From the NCBI RefSeq assembly GCF_009914755.1, contig NC_060936.1: DNA of 64,000 bases, one strand, 5' to 3'. Below, piece by piece: positions 22,965 through 35,727 of the stretch; position 1 is the stretch's first letter; each line of letters opens with the position of its first letter. Made by a program: the position numbers and the translations under genes. Under the pieces are notes generated by a model. The model did no database searches. It was not told the origin of the DNA and saw nothing but the letters and a program-made list of their open reading frames with translations. The stretch comes from the human T2T-CHM13v2.0 reference genome, Homo sapiens.

Positions 22965-23310
22965 TACAGGTGGTAGTGGCTCTGTGATACCTTCTAGACA
23001 GTAGGAAATGGCTTATCATCCATTTCCTGGGAATGTTTAGCTTTTCTGATTTATTCTTTGCCCCTTCCTGCTTCATTCTTCATCCTTGGAATGTAGATCT
23101 GTGGCTGGAGGCATGATGGCTATCTTGCAACCATGAGGCAACAGACATGAGCAAGAAAACCAACCTGCTAAAGATGGTGCTGCAGAGATTAAAAATGGCC
23201 TGGCTCCCTACAAACATTGCTGAGCAGCCACAATAGCCCTGGACTCCTTGTCATGAGCAAATAAGAGGTTTTTTTTTTCTTTTAATGCTATTATTGTCAG
23301 GTATTCTGGG
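22965..23310 (+). mobile_element. MLT1J-like MaLR fragment
   Basis: tggaatgtagatctgtggctggag...ctatcttgcaaccatgaggcaaca. Confidence 0.6.
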
Positions 23311-23427
23311 AAGTATGTTATTTTCATCCATGTGTGGTGCTTACTGAGGCTTAAACACAAATAAAGCTCTCTTCTGCTTAAGGTTCGAAAGTTTAAAATT
23401 TTTCTTTTCTAAAATTTTAGTTTAATT

Positions 23428-23743
23428 TGGGGATCACAAATTCATACAACTATAGAGGGCAAATAACATAAATAAATGAGTTAAATATGATCTAGAAGGT
23501 ACCCTCCCAGGGTAAAGAAGGGCAACTGTTAGATCACCTTACCATTGCCTTGCAGAAAAAAAGGGCTCAGTGCTGCCAGGCATTCCATTTTCTAAGAGAA
23601 ATGATGAAATCTATTTTTAATGTAAATTTTAAAGTAGTAATTTCAGATTTTTAAATGTTGGCCACTATCCAAAACCTTGAAGACCTAACACAATGTATGT
23701 ATTGGCTAGATATGACCCAAGGACCTTCAATTTGCAAAGTCTG
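23428..23743 (-). mobile_element. MER102 (hAT-Charlie)
   Basis: taacataaataaatgagt, gggctcagtgctgccag, gatttttaaatgttggc. Confidence 0.65.
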
Positions 23744-23813
23744 CAATTGCAAAATCATGTTTATTTATTTTAGGGATATAGACTAAAGAAAATATTGCAA
23801 GAAAGATGGCTAG

Positions 23814-24194
<381 letters not shown>

Positions 24195-25071
24195 TCATTC
24201 ATCAATGTGGATGCTGGAAACCATGAAACATGGTGACAGGAAGCTGGTTTGCCCATGCTCTGCAGCATCTTTAATTGTAGCACCCACCCTGTGATCCTGC
24301 CTTCATTCTGATGACAAATGACTACCCACAGACTCAACCTTGACATCCTGACTTTCAGCTCTGGAAGCAGCAGCCTCGTCAAACTATTTCAGGACAAGCA
24401 CATTAAAATCTTCCCTTCCCCCAGCTTTGAAATCGTGTTTGCAAAATTACGTGAGGCGCACAGGGAGTAGGAGTGATGAATCCCAATTTACAGATAGGAA
24501 AACAGAGAGGGGAGAAAAGTCAACCCTCTCAAGTCTTAAAGGAGGAAGTTTGGTGTTGCCCCAGAGCAAGTGATGGGCTGCCTGACTCTCAAAATTCTTT
24601 CTTTCCAGTAGAGAGCAAAACATTTCCAGTAGTCTCTGACTTCAAAGAAAGTGTGTGTGTTGAGAGATTTGAATGGTTTTTCAGTTGCTGTCACATGCAG
24701 TGGTGATTTACAAAATATTCAACTCTCAGTACAGCATGGGCATCAACCAGTTGAAATGACGGCCTAACCAATCAGACACCAGCCACAAACCCTCTGTTCA
24801 GCAGCACCAGTGCAATCCTGCTGAACATCAACCTTGCTCATAGGGTCACAGGGACTCCCAGTGGAGTCAGGACAGCAGCAGAGAAAGGGATCTTTTTACC
24901 CAACCAATTCCACTGGCCACTAATAGAAAACACCAAGCAAAAGTACATTTCAAATCTTGTGTCTGCTGTGGATCTGGTGCCTGGTCAAATAAGCAGTTGA
25001 CTACTCTGTTGTCTTTACACACCTATTTTATTACCTGTTGATGTCTGCAGATAAACATACATCATCATCAT

Positions 25072-25392
25072 AATAATTATTATTATTGAGACAGGACGTT
25101 GCTCTGTTGCCCAGGCAAGAGTGCAGTAGTGTGATCACAGATCTCTGCAGCTTTGACCTCTTGAGCTCAATTAATTCTTCTGCACTCAAATGATCCTCCC
25201 ACCACAGACTCCTGAGTAGCTGGGACTACAGGCATGTGCCACCATGTCCAGCTAATTTTTGTATTTTTTTTTTTGTAGAGACAGTGTTTTACCATGTTGC
25301 CCAGGCTGGTCTTGAACTCCTGGGCTCAAGCTATCCTCCCTCCTCGGCCTCCCAAAGTGTTGGGATTACAGGCATAAACCACCACTTCCAGT
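25072..25392 (-). mobile_element. AluJ
   Basis: (ATT)n tail; gaactcctgggctcaagctatcctccctcctcggcctcccaaagtg. Confidence 0.93.
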
Positions 25393-25544
25393 CAGAAACA
25401 CGCATTTTTAAATCATCCTTGAACTTTTCCTTCTTTTTCATTTTTTTTAAGATATTGTTCACATATGGTAAAATTCAACAGTCTTATGCATATACTTTGA
25501 TGCATTTGGGTAATTATACACAATTCTGTGAATGCCGCAGTCAA

Positions 25545-25591
25545 TTGTATGGTGTACTAAAATTTATCAAGGGAGATTTTAGGCGCTGTTA

Positions 25592-25631
<40 letters not shown>

Positions 25632-25740
25632 TAACTATGTGAGAAGAGGAATATGTTAATTTGCTTGATTGTAGTAATTATTCCACTATGTACATGTGTA
25701 TCAAACTATCATGTTGCACACCTTAAAGATATACAATAGA
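25545..25740 (+). mobile_element. L1MA 3' terminus containing (CA)n at ~25593-25629
   Basis: gattttaggcgctgttaccacacac...ggtaactatgtgagaagaggaatatgttaatttgcttga. Confidence 0.75.
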
Positions 25741-25944
25741 AAGATATGAGACGGTCTCCCCCCAGAAACGTTTCCCCATGCACTTCTGAGCTTGGTCCCC
25801 TCCCCAATCCCTGACCACAGGCAACTACTCGTTTGCTGTCATGGTAGTTTTATTCTTTTCTAGCATTTCATATAAATAGAATTTTACAGTATAGAGTCTT
25901 TTGTGTTTGACTTCTTTCACATTGCATAGTGTTTCTGAGATTCA

Positions 25945-26243
<299 letters not shown>

Positions 26244-26627
26244 TTTCTGTGATTCACCCATATTGTTGAAGGTATCAATAGTTCTTTCCTTCTGATCGCG
26301 AGGAAGCATTCATTTGTAAGCCCGTGTCAGAACTTGTTTAACTGTCCCTCAGTTATTGGACATTTGAGTTTCTTCCAGGTTTTGGTTATTGGGAATAATA
26401 TTAAAGGCCCTGCATTTTGGCTTGGTTTTAGCACTGCACACACTATAGATGATCCTGAAGATCTTAAGTTGCATCATTCATATATAGAAATAGAGAAGTG
26501 GAAAAAAGCTTTGCTTTCTGCGAACTCAACATTGGCATTGCTAGAACTCTTGCTACCACAAGAAAGTTGATGTCCTCAGCTTGTGTGATCCTTCTCAAGT
26601 TCAATGGTCAGCCTGGTCAGATGGGAA

Positions 26628-26935
26628 ATTATTCATTCATCCAAGAGATGTTTACTGAGCACTTTTTATGTCAGGCCCTGTTTTAGACTTTGGGGACACA
26701 ATTGTGAATTAGACCATGTGTCTAATGCTGTGGCTGTCCATGTGTTTGTGATCACATGGAGATTATAAGTTAAAATAAAAGGTGAAACAGCAGATACATA
26801 AAGTGAAAAAATAGATGAACAAGATTGTTTTTGGTGTTCTGTAAATGATGGAAAAACTCAAACCGTGTAACATGATGATGAGCAGTGCTTTATTTAGATT
26901 TGGTGGTCCAGGAAGGTTCCTTGGGGGAGTGCCAG
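26628..26935 (-). mobile_element. L2 3' fragment
   Basis: attcattcatccaagagatgtttactgagcac...tgtcaggccctgtt. Confidence 0.7.
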
Positions 26936-27038
26936 TAGGAACGAAACGTCAGAGCTTAGTGAACTAAGTTGGCGAGAACCTGTAGACTTTACTGAATTTG
27001 ACCGAGCATGACCCAGAATAAGTGATTAAAAAGTAGGC

Positions 27039-27332
27039 CTAATGCAGGAACAGAAAACCAAATACTGCAAGTTTTCAGCTCTAAGTAGGAGCTAAGCATT
27101 GGGTACACACATGGACACAAAGTTAGAAATGACAGACACTGGGGAATGCTAGAGCAGGGAGGGAGGAAGGGGGAGCAAAGTTTGAAAAACTAACTTTGGG
27201 GTACTATGCTCAGTACCTGGGTGATGGGATCATTCGTACCCTAAGCCTCAGTATCACGCAATATACACATGCAATAAACCTGCACATGTACCCCCGGAAT
27301 CTATAATAAAAGTTAAAATTACTAAAAAAACC
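27039..27332 (+). mobile_element. L1PA16/L1PB-type 3' end
   Basis: caggaacagaaaaccaaatactgc...gggtactatgctcagtacctgggtgatggg...aaacctgcacatgtacccc. Confidence 0.9.
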
Positions 27333-28084
27333 CCAAAACTCTAATACTTTATATATTTATAAAGTATTAGATAATATATAACAATATTAAATATATATAT
27401 AAATATATATATTTTTAAAAAATAGACTGATATTGGCCTGCATTCTAGACTTTCAAAACAAGTACCCATTTGATGGAAAAGACAAGGCTGTTAAAAAATA
27501 AAAAGATTGGCCATAAATAATGAATCACATATTCCCTTCCATGTGAGTATACCGTATCTATAAAGAAAATCCCGTCCAACTGGTCACAGATTTGTGCAAG
27601 ACCCTTGGAAGGTGCAGCGAACTTTCTGCCCCTATCGTACGTTGATGACCATCATCTGCATGTATGTCTTCTAACTCAGCTGAAAGCAACCCTGATTCTC
27701 TGGATAAGATGAATAAGATCATATCCCCCAAAGAAATAAAAACAGAAATTAGAGATAATGAATGCATGGACAGTCACAGCATTAGATCTCATTTATATGC
27801 ACCCTTGTCATCTATGGGCTGGCTTTATATCCTTTATATCCTTTGATTACTGTGTGTTCTGTCTGCTTGTTAAGCTGTTTCAAGCATTTATGAAGATCTG
27901 ATATAGTAGACTTGTGATTCTAATTATATGTTTAGAAAATTATGATTAAGTCTATAATCAACACTTAAAACTAATCTTTAAAATTTGTTAAATTCAGCAG
28001 TTTTAAACTTATTTGTTGCGTGACTAACACATCATTGTTTAGAGAAATGTTCACTGTTTAACGACTGGTAAGTTGGACAAGAGA

Positions 28085-28328
28085 CAAAATACAGGTAGTC
28101 GTGGGGACTGCTTTTCAAAACCAATGATGTCATCAGGAAATTATCTCTGTCCAAGCCTTTGTTGTTCTCTGGTCATAGATATTCTCAAGCAGGCAGGCCC
28201 CTTTTGGTGGAAGATGGCTACCAGCAGCTCTAGGTACTTTTCCCAAAGCATCCACTAATTTTCCAGATGGAGTCCCATTGGAACCCCTTGGGTGACATGA
28301 CCATCCCTCAACTACTCATTGTGGTCTA
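28085..28328 (-). mobile_element. MLT1K/L-like fragment
   Basis: aatgatgtcatcagg, aagatggctaccagcagctctagg, gggtgacatgaccatccctc. Confidence 0.55.
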
Positions 28329-29058
28329 CGTAGGAAAAAAATCTCTCAAACTGTGTTTTCCTCTGCTCTAACCAAAACAAGCATCAACACAGAAGATGTT
28401 GTTTTTCCCACCCCCCAAGCAGCAGACACCAGCAGGGTAACCTCTAATTCAGTTCTGACACTGTCTACCCAAAGATAGCATCAGATCCCACAGGTTGAGG
28501 GCTCAGTCCCATAAGACTGTCCTCTCCTTCCCACCAGTGGCAAGTCTGGTCCTCTAGAACTTCTGATTGACTGGCTTCGACTTGGGGTTTCCACCATCCC
28601 CTCTTTGGGTTTGATTAACTTGCTAGAGTGGCTCACAAAACTCAGGGAAACACTTACTTACATTTACCGGGATATTATAAAGGATATTGCAAAGGATACA
28701 GACAAAGAGACATATAGGGTGAAGCATGGGGGAGGGGGCATGGAGCTTTCATGCTTTCCCAGGATGCCACCCTCCAGAAATCTCCACGTGTTCTGTGACC
28801 AGGAAGCTCCCTGAGCCCAGGCCTCAGAAGCTTCACGATATCAGCATTCCTTCTCCCAGCATATGCGGCAGGACTGTCTCTGAATGAGGGTCTTTTGACC
28901 CATAATCAAGTAGAGTCCTGCCTCTGGCTGGTGAAAAATCGGCAGCAGAGAGATTCTGTTTCCTGAAGCCTAATATATCCAACATTAAAACGAAAGACTG
29001 TAACAAAAGCTATGGGAGTGATGAGCCTGAACTTGTAGATAAAAACCAATACATGTAT
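28329..29058 (-). mobile_element. MER21A-like LTR
   Basis: gcatcagatcccacaggttgagggctcagtccc, ttgctagagtggctcacaaaactcagggaaacac, aaagactgtaacaaaagctatgggag. Confidence 0.85.
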
Positions 29059-29640
29059 GGGAAACTGAAGAGGAGTGGCCAGGCAGAGTCAATAATCCTA
29101 TATTTACATAAACTGCAGAAAAAGAGAAAGGAATGCCATTTTTGGGTTCTGAGTTCTGGGTAGCACAGTATACCTGCAGATGGGAAACCTTTTACTGAAT
29201 TCCTAAGCTTTGGCCTTGTTCTTGCTTTTCTCCTGAAGGTCGATACAATTTGAGAACTCAAATTGTGCCCTTCAGAATGAGGTGAGCAGGCCTGCTAGAG
29301 GACCACGATGACCCTGCTCACTCTTGAACTCCCAGAGGAAATTCCCTGGACCATTCTTGGACCATCTAATTGGGAGCTGAGCAGCTGCCTTGATTTATTA
29401 TTTAACATTTTTCTTGCGGGACCCTTATCTGCTCAAATAGCGTATCAGTGACCTGAGGGCTGAGATGTTACATCCTCCCCCACTTCTAGCCCTGTGGTTT
29501 AGCTTCAGATTCTCAATTAATGAAGTAAGGTAGGGAGAAACAAAAAAGAAGGGTGGGATCTAGGATGAAGGTTAAGCCCCAAACCGCTAGACCAAGCAGA
29601 ACGTGGAAAATACACACAAGGAATTATGTGCTTGTCACTC

Positions 29641-30385
29641 TGTGGTAGAGGTAAGTTAATGGTTCCAAGAAATCATGTCTCCCAGTATCCAGACCCTTGT
29701 GCATTTCCTTCCTATGTTAACTCTGGGTGTAATGTCAAAATGATTTCTAACTTGCTTTGGTCAATCTGACATCAGCAAGCATCATAAGAACAGAGGCTTG
29801 GTAAGTGCTTGTTCTTTAGGAATCTAGGTGCCATGTGTTGAAGCCCAAGCTAGTCATGTGGTTAAAGCTCAGGGAGAAGAACTCAGACACCCACCCGACA
29901 GCCCTAGCTTAGACAGCCCTAGCTTACGGCTAGACATGGTGAGGAGGCACCTGGGACCATCCAGCCCTAGCTGGGCTTCCAAATGACTGTGGTTACTTGA
30001 GTCATCCCACATGAGACCAGCCCAAATTGCCAAATCATCCCTCTCTCTTGACCTATCTATTGAGCTTATCTATCATCTATCTATCTATCTATCTAGCGAC
30101 CTACCTACTGACCTACGTATCATTCATCTAACATCTATCTAACCAACTCTATCTATCCAGCTCTATCTACCTAACTACCTGTCATTCACCTATCATCTAT
30201 CTATCCAGCTCTCTATTGATTATCTATCTATGTATATATCTATCATTCATCTATCATCTATCTACCATTCACCTATTATCTATCCTGCTCTATCTATCTA
30301 TCTATCTATCTACCTATCATCTAATCTATCTAAAGTGATCGTTCTTTTAAGTCACTTTGGGGTAGTTTTTCATGCAGTAATATGT
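29641..30385 (+). mobile_element. MLT1G/H-like MaLR LTR
   Basis: aacttgctttggtcaat, gcccaagctag, gcccaaattgc; 3' end ttttaagtcactttggggtagtttt follows the TCTA repeat. Confidence 0.7.
30053..30331. repeat. Degenerate (TCTA)n tetranucleotide repeat
   Basis: Seen directly. Confidence 0.93.
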
Positions 30386-31149
30386 GTATATATACACACA
30401 CATATTTATATATATGTACATGTGCTTCTATATATGGAAACATATATGAACTATTATATTAATTATTTTATGTATTCATAGACTAAGACAGTATACATAT
30501 GTATAAACACACATAATTAAAAGAAAAGTTATAAAAAGTAAGACTTCCTTTTACCACACATGATGCCTCATAGTAGTTTCTATTCCTTTCCTTTTCATTT
30601 CATTGTGTTCTCTCTCTTGCTTCTTCTGTTTCTCTTACTAACTCTGATTAATAACCTACCAAGCTTGTTTCACAACTTACTACTGGATTGTTACTCCCAG
30701 CTTGAAAATCCCTGCCCTAGAGTACAGGTTTTTTACTTGGCGGGTGGGGGGTTCAGGGATGCGTTTCAAGGGGCAGTTCCTCCAGTTTCTACACAGTTTC
30801 TGTGAGCATGGGCAGGTGCATTTGCTAGGAGAGGCCACGGACTTCTGTCAGATGTGAAGAACTAACCACAGCTCCGTGCACTCTGCCTGGGTATGGCATC
30901 CGTGATCGCAACATCACAAGCTGTCAGGCGATGATCCCAAATCTCTGTCTCCTGCCAAGATCTTCTGCCTGAGCTCTGGGCTCAGTGCCAACAGCCTACC
31001 AGACATTTCCATCTGGATGTCCCCAAGGCACCCTAAAGACATTCGTTTCCAAATCTTTTCCATTTTTGTGTTACCGACACCCTCTGCCAAAAACCCAGCT
31101 TTTTCAGTCACTTTCCAAGTCAGAAGGCTGTGAAGTCATCCTTCCCCCT

Positions 31150-31610
31150 CCCCAGCTTTATTAAAGTCTCATTAACAAATAAAAATTGTATCTATTTATG
31201 GTGTGCCCAGGGGTGTCCAAGAGAGAGAATACAGTCATGGGTTCTTAGCCAGTAAAGCCCCTTCCTCATCTCTCTTTTCCACTTATCACTAGAGACAGAA
31301 ACTAAAAACCATGGCTTCAAGCGACTAAAAGCCTAAAACAAAACAAAACTGAGCCACAACAACAAAATAAGGTGGGTACACCATGATGTTTTGGTATGCA
31401 TATACGTTGTGAAATGATTACATAAGCTAATTAGCATAACCATCACCTCCCATACTGATCTTTTTTTTTTTTCTCTCGTAGCGAGAACTTTTAAGATCAA
31501 CTCTGTCAGTGGTGTTCCAGTCTATCATGTTATTATTAACTGCAGTCATCGTACTGAACCTCTCCAGAACGTATTAGTCCTGCATAACTAAAACTCTCTC
31601 CCCTTTCATT
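31150..31610 (-). mobile_element. L1MA9-like 3' end
   Basis: cagctttattaaagtctcattaacaaataaaaattgtat...gttgtgaaatgattac...aagctaattagcataaccatcacctc. Confidence 0.8.
31208..31377 (+). mobile_element. MER107 (hAT-Charlie MITE) lacking its right terminus
   Basis: caggggtgtccaagagagagaatacagtcatgggttcttag...ctagagacagaaactaaaaaccatggcttca...caacaaaataaggtgggt. Confidence 0.8.
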
Positions 31611-32147
31611 CCTGGTATCTCCTCACCACTCAACACATCAAGGCAGTCACCCAAATTGTGTTGATCCCACTGATTCTACCTGCTAGATATCTTTCACATC
31701 CTTTTTTCTGATCTAGCCTTTCTGCAATTTTCCTGCTTATAATTCTCTCATCTCTTTCCCAAATTGTCACTAGAGCTTCCCTACTGGTTTTCTGGTATGT
31801 AATTTCAATTGTCAGATCCATTTCTACCATGGCCACCAAAGTAGTCTTTGAAAATTATGTGTTATGACATCACATCAACCCTTAATGTCACCCAAATATA
31901 ATCCACACACACTACACAGTAACAAATAATAGAAACTCCTTTGCCTGGGTGAGAGGTGCTTCGTAATCTGGTCACACATTACCTGTCCAGACTCAACACA
32001 CACTGTCATTTTCAGCAATATTTCCCTCAGCATACTATGTTCCCATATGTTTGCACACATTTCCTGCAATGCTCTTACCCTGCTTACCCAGCTGGCAAAC
32101 TGCTACATATCCTCCAGATCTCAGCCTATGTTTGACCTTTTCTGGGA

Positions 32148-32390
32148 CTAATAACAACAGGTTACGGTGACGAGCATTTGCTGGGCGCAACACACTCTTC
32201 CAAAGGCTTCACATGGGTTAACTTGAGCCACACAACAGTCCTTTAAGAGGTACTGCTGTTATCTTCATTCTACAGAGGGGAAACTGAGGCTCAGAGGAAT
32301 GAAGAAACTGGCCAAAGGTCACACGGTGAACGCGTGGGCATTGCAAAGATTCAAACCTAGCAATTTGGCTCTGGAATCCACTTTGTTAAA
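32148..32390 (-). mobile_element. MIR, near full length
   Basis: cattctacagaggggaaactgaggctcagagg...gccaaaggtcacac...gattcaaacctag. Confidence 0.9.
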
Positions 32391-32399
32391 AAAAGAAAA

Positions 32400-33350
32400 C
32401 TCACGTGAAAATGATTTCAAACCTACTGAAGAGTAGCAAGAATAATGCAAAGAAAAGAATACCTGGAGGCACTTGACCCAGATTCAACTGCCATTTTGCC
32501 CATTTGCCTTATTTTTAAAATTATTCTCTCTCTCTGTATGAGAGAATATGTGTGTGTGTATATATATACACATATATATTTACGTATATGTATACACATA
32601 TACACATGTGTATGTATATATACATATGTTTATGTATATATACATATGTGCATATGTATATATATACATGTGCATATGTATATATATACATATGTGTATA
32701 TGTATATATATACATATATATTTTTTCTGAACAATTTGAGAGTAAATTACATATATCATGGCCTTTTGCCCTTAGAGGATACGTGAGCATAAAAATCCTC
32801 TTATGTAAGTACACACTCTTGCATGACCAAGAATAAGTATATTCTTTCATAACTACTGCAGTATAGTTATTAAATTCGGTGAACACTTCATTTAAATGTA
32901 TCCATTCCTCCATCCAGTTTCCAATGCTGTCAACTAACCTATCATGTCTTTATAGTTTTTTTCTCCCTCCAGTACAAGACCCAGCCTTGGATTGGGTGCT
33001 GTGTTAGACAACGTATTCGTGTTAGACATTGTATTAGTGTTAGGTACTGTATTCTTCTAGGGCATCATATCCTCAGGTGCAAGGTGTCTATTTGACCTTC
33101 AGTCATTTCGTTACTCTTGATCACCTGGTCAAGGTGTTGGCTGCTATGTCCACTCTGTAGTTGCTATTTATTTTTTCTTGTAAGCAGCAAGCTTTTTGTG
33201 GGACACACTTAAGCCCACAGGAACTCCTGCTACACCAGATTTCCTATTCCCCACCTTGGGTTTAGCATGAACTGACGAATCTGGCCTAAACCAACTTTCG
33301 TGTGATGGCTTCAAAATCAGGACATTCCATGTCCAGTACTTTCTCCGTGT
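32400..33350 (-). mobile_element. L1MC4/5-like 3' region
   Basis: gacccagattcaactg, tttttctgaacaatttgagagtaaatt, tgatcacctggtcaaggtg. Confidence 0.7.
32548..32721. repeat. (TA)n/(TG)n/(CATA)n low-complexity repeat
   Basis: Seen directly. Confidence 0.93.
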
Positions 33351-33419
33351 TGGCCATGGGCACCTGCAGAGCCCATGCGCTTAAACAGGATGCCATGGTT
33401 TCCTTCCTTCTCCCAGGTA

Positions 33420-33615
33420 GGCTTAGACACCCTCACCTACATCTCCAGGCTACCATAATAGTAATGGGCTGTTTTGCCATTGTTTTGTCTACCTCCTTCT
33501 CCATGAAGCCTATGAGCTTATTGAGGGCAAGCACCCCATTTTTTTCTCTTTGTATCCATGGCACCTATGAGGAGCTTGTCCTAAAATTGGTGCTCAGTAT
33601 TTGCTTTTGACTAAG
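33420..33615 (+). mobile_element. L2 3' terminus
   Basis: tgagcttattgagggcaag...tctttgtatccatggcacct...ggtgctcagtatttg. Confidence 0.6.
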
Positions 33616-33633
33616 ATAAAATCTATAGCCCCA

Positions 33634-34102
33634 TGTGGGTGGCAGAATAATGGCCCCCAAAGAGGTCTACGTCCAAATTGCTGGAACCGGTAAATATGTC
33701 ACCTTACATGGCAGAGGGGACTCTGTAGATGTGATTAAGGGTTTTAAAATGGGGAGGTTATCCTGGTTTATCTGGGTAGCCCAATGTCATCACAAGGGTC
33801 CTTAAAAGAAGGAGGCAGGAGGTCAGAGAAAACGGAGTAGGCTGTGTTGTTGGTTTTCATGGGAGGTGCCATGAGCCAAAGTAAGTGAAGAGCCTCTGGA
33901 AGCTGGGAAAGGTTAGGGACAGAGCTCTCCCTAAGCTCCCCCTGCAAAGGACCACAGCCCTGCCAGTGCCTTGATTTATTCCCCATAGGACCCATGTTTG
34001 GACTTCTGACTTCCAGATCTCTAAGATGATAACTTTGTGCATTTTTAAAAAAGCCAGCCTGTGTGTGGTTATTTGTTACAGCAGCAATAGGAATTGAACA
34101 CA
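33634..34102 (+). mobile_element. MLT1D-like solo LTR
   Basis: tgtgggtggcagaataatggcccccaaag...tttgttacagcagcaataggaattgaacaca. Confidence 0.9.
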
Positions 34103-34402
34103 CCAACTTCAGTGGGAAATTTTCTCCCCATCCCCTCCTCCACAGCTGCATGCCAGGGCTGGTAAGGTGACAGAGGCTTCCTGGCAGGCCAGGGGACACC
34201 CCTCACCCCGCCCCCACCCTCCCCAAGAGGACATCCCTGAGGGTTTCTAGCTCTCCAAATTGTCTTGCAGAACATCAGGCATCTGCCTAAACAGCCCCGG
34301 ATGGCGCTGGCTCCTTTCTTGTAGGAAGGGAGGTGTTCTCCAGCGTGGGTCTCCTCAGCTTTGACAAAAAGGGACTTTTTTTTAATGAAAAATGCTGCCC
34401 CT

Positions 34403-34777
34403 CATATGCCCCATGGAATACTATGCAGCCATAAGAAAGAATGAGTTCATGTCCCTTGCAGGGACATAGATGAAGCTGGAAACCATCATTCTCAGCAAAC
34501 TAATACAGGAATAGAAAACCAAACACCGCACGTTCTCACTCACAAGTGGGAGTTGAACAATGAGAACACATGGACACAGGGAGGGGAACGTCACACACCA
34601 GGGCCTGTTGGGGGGTGGGGGGCAAGGGGAGGGAGAGCACAAGAACAAATATGTAATGCATTCGGGGCTTAAAACCTAGATGACGGGTTGATAGGTGCAG
34701 CACACCACCATGGCGCAGGTACACTTACGTAAAAAACCTGCACGTTCTGCACGTGTATCCCAGAACTTAAAGTTAAA
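34403..34777 (+). mobile_element. 5'-truncated L1PA7/8-type 3' end
   Basis: Perfect 15-bp TSD aaaaatgctgcccct (34388-34402 and 34778-34792); ggggcttaaaacctagatgacgggttgatagg. Confidence 0.95.
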
Positions 34778-35727
34778 AAAAATGCTGCCCCTGAAAAGTA
34801 GAGCTCAAGGCTTTCTGTCCCTGAAACAAAAGCAGGAACATGCATACCCCACATTTTTATGACTGCTTGGGACTGAAGTTAGAAAACAACTCATCGGACA
34901 GTCAGACATTGCTGGAGGAGTCAGGAGACGTGTTTCTATTCTGTCCGTCTCCAGTGTGTGCGGCACCTCTCAGGGCACTGGGGACCGTGTAGATTTGCTG
35001 ACTTTGATAATAAAACAAAAGGGAGAAGAGAAGAGTAAAACAGGGTAAAAGAAGAGATCTGGGCAATAACGGTAGGGCTCCAGCCCCGCTTTTCAATCCT
35101 GCCTCACTCACTCCAAGAACAGCTTGAGCTGCCCAACACTGGGGGGCTGGGAGCCAACCACAGTGGGTGGTCACCTCATTCTGGTGTCTGGCTATGGGGG
35201 CAGATAGACAGCGGAAATAGAAAAGGAGTGAGACCAAGCTCCTGTGTGTCCTGAACACTCCTCCTGTAGCTAACTACCGGCTTCTCCGGTGTGTAAGACT
35301 TTCATGCTTACTGGTTTTTCTTTCTGGGAATAGCCCAGTGCTCTTTGTCTGAAACCTAATGTATGCCCAGCAACAGAGGGGAACAATGACTGACGTATTC
35401 ATTGCATTTCGTCAGATGTAAATTACAGATGGCAGCAGGCAGAAGCTGCGCCTCCTGCAGAGAAGGGTCATCGTGTCCCAGAGGACAGCACAGGCCAGGG
35501 GCAAGCCCACATATGTGGGTGCTGGGGCTCACTCCCGGCAATCTGGGAAGGCCTAAGAACAAAAGGTATATTACAAAGCCATCTACTGCAGCATCTATTT
35601 GATCCCAGGGGAGCCCCATCCAGAGTGTGCTGGGTGGAGGAGAAGTCACTCCAGCTTCCCAGGACCCCGTGGGTGGGAGCTCCTAGAACAGCGACGAACA
35701 GGGGGCTGACGACAATGCCGACGGCCA

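Larger units (their letters stand above)
30925..32145 (+). mobile_element. L2 interrupted by L1MA and MER107
   Basis: gacatttccatctggatgtccccaaggcaccct; resumes ~31610 with gattctacctgctagatatct. Confidence 0.7.

Noticed and set aside
24698-24800. Possible ancient DNA-transposon end (cagtggtgatttacaaaatattcaac...ccaatcaga)
   Set aside because: Resemblance too weak to name a family or find the other terminus
30500-30880. Possible Charlie-family fragments (MER113/MER117-like)
   Set aside because: Too diverged to assign by eye
32423-32913. Tyr/Ile/His/Val-rich ORFs
   Set aside because: Translations of a TA/TG low-complexity repeat
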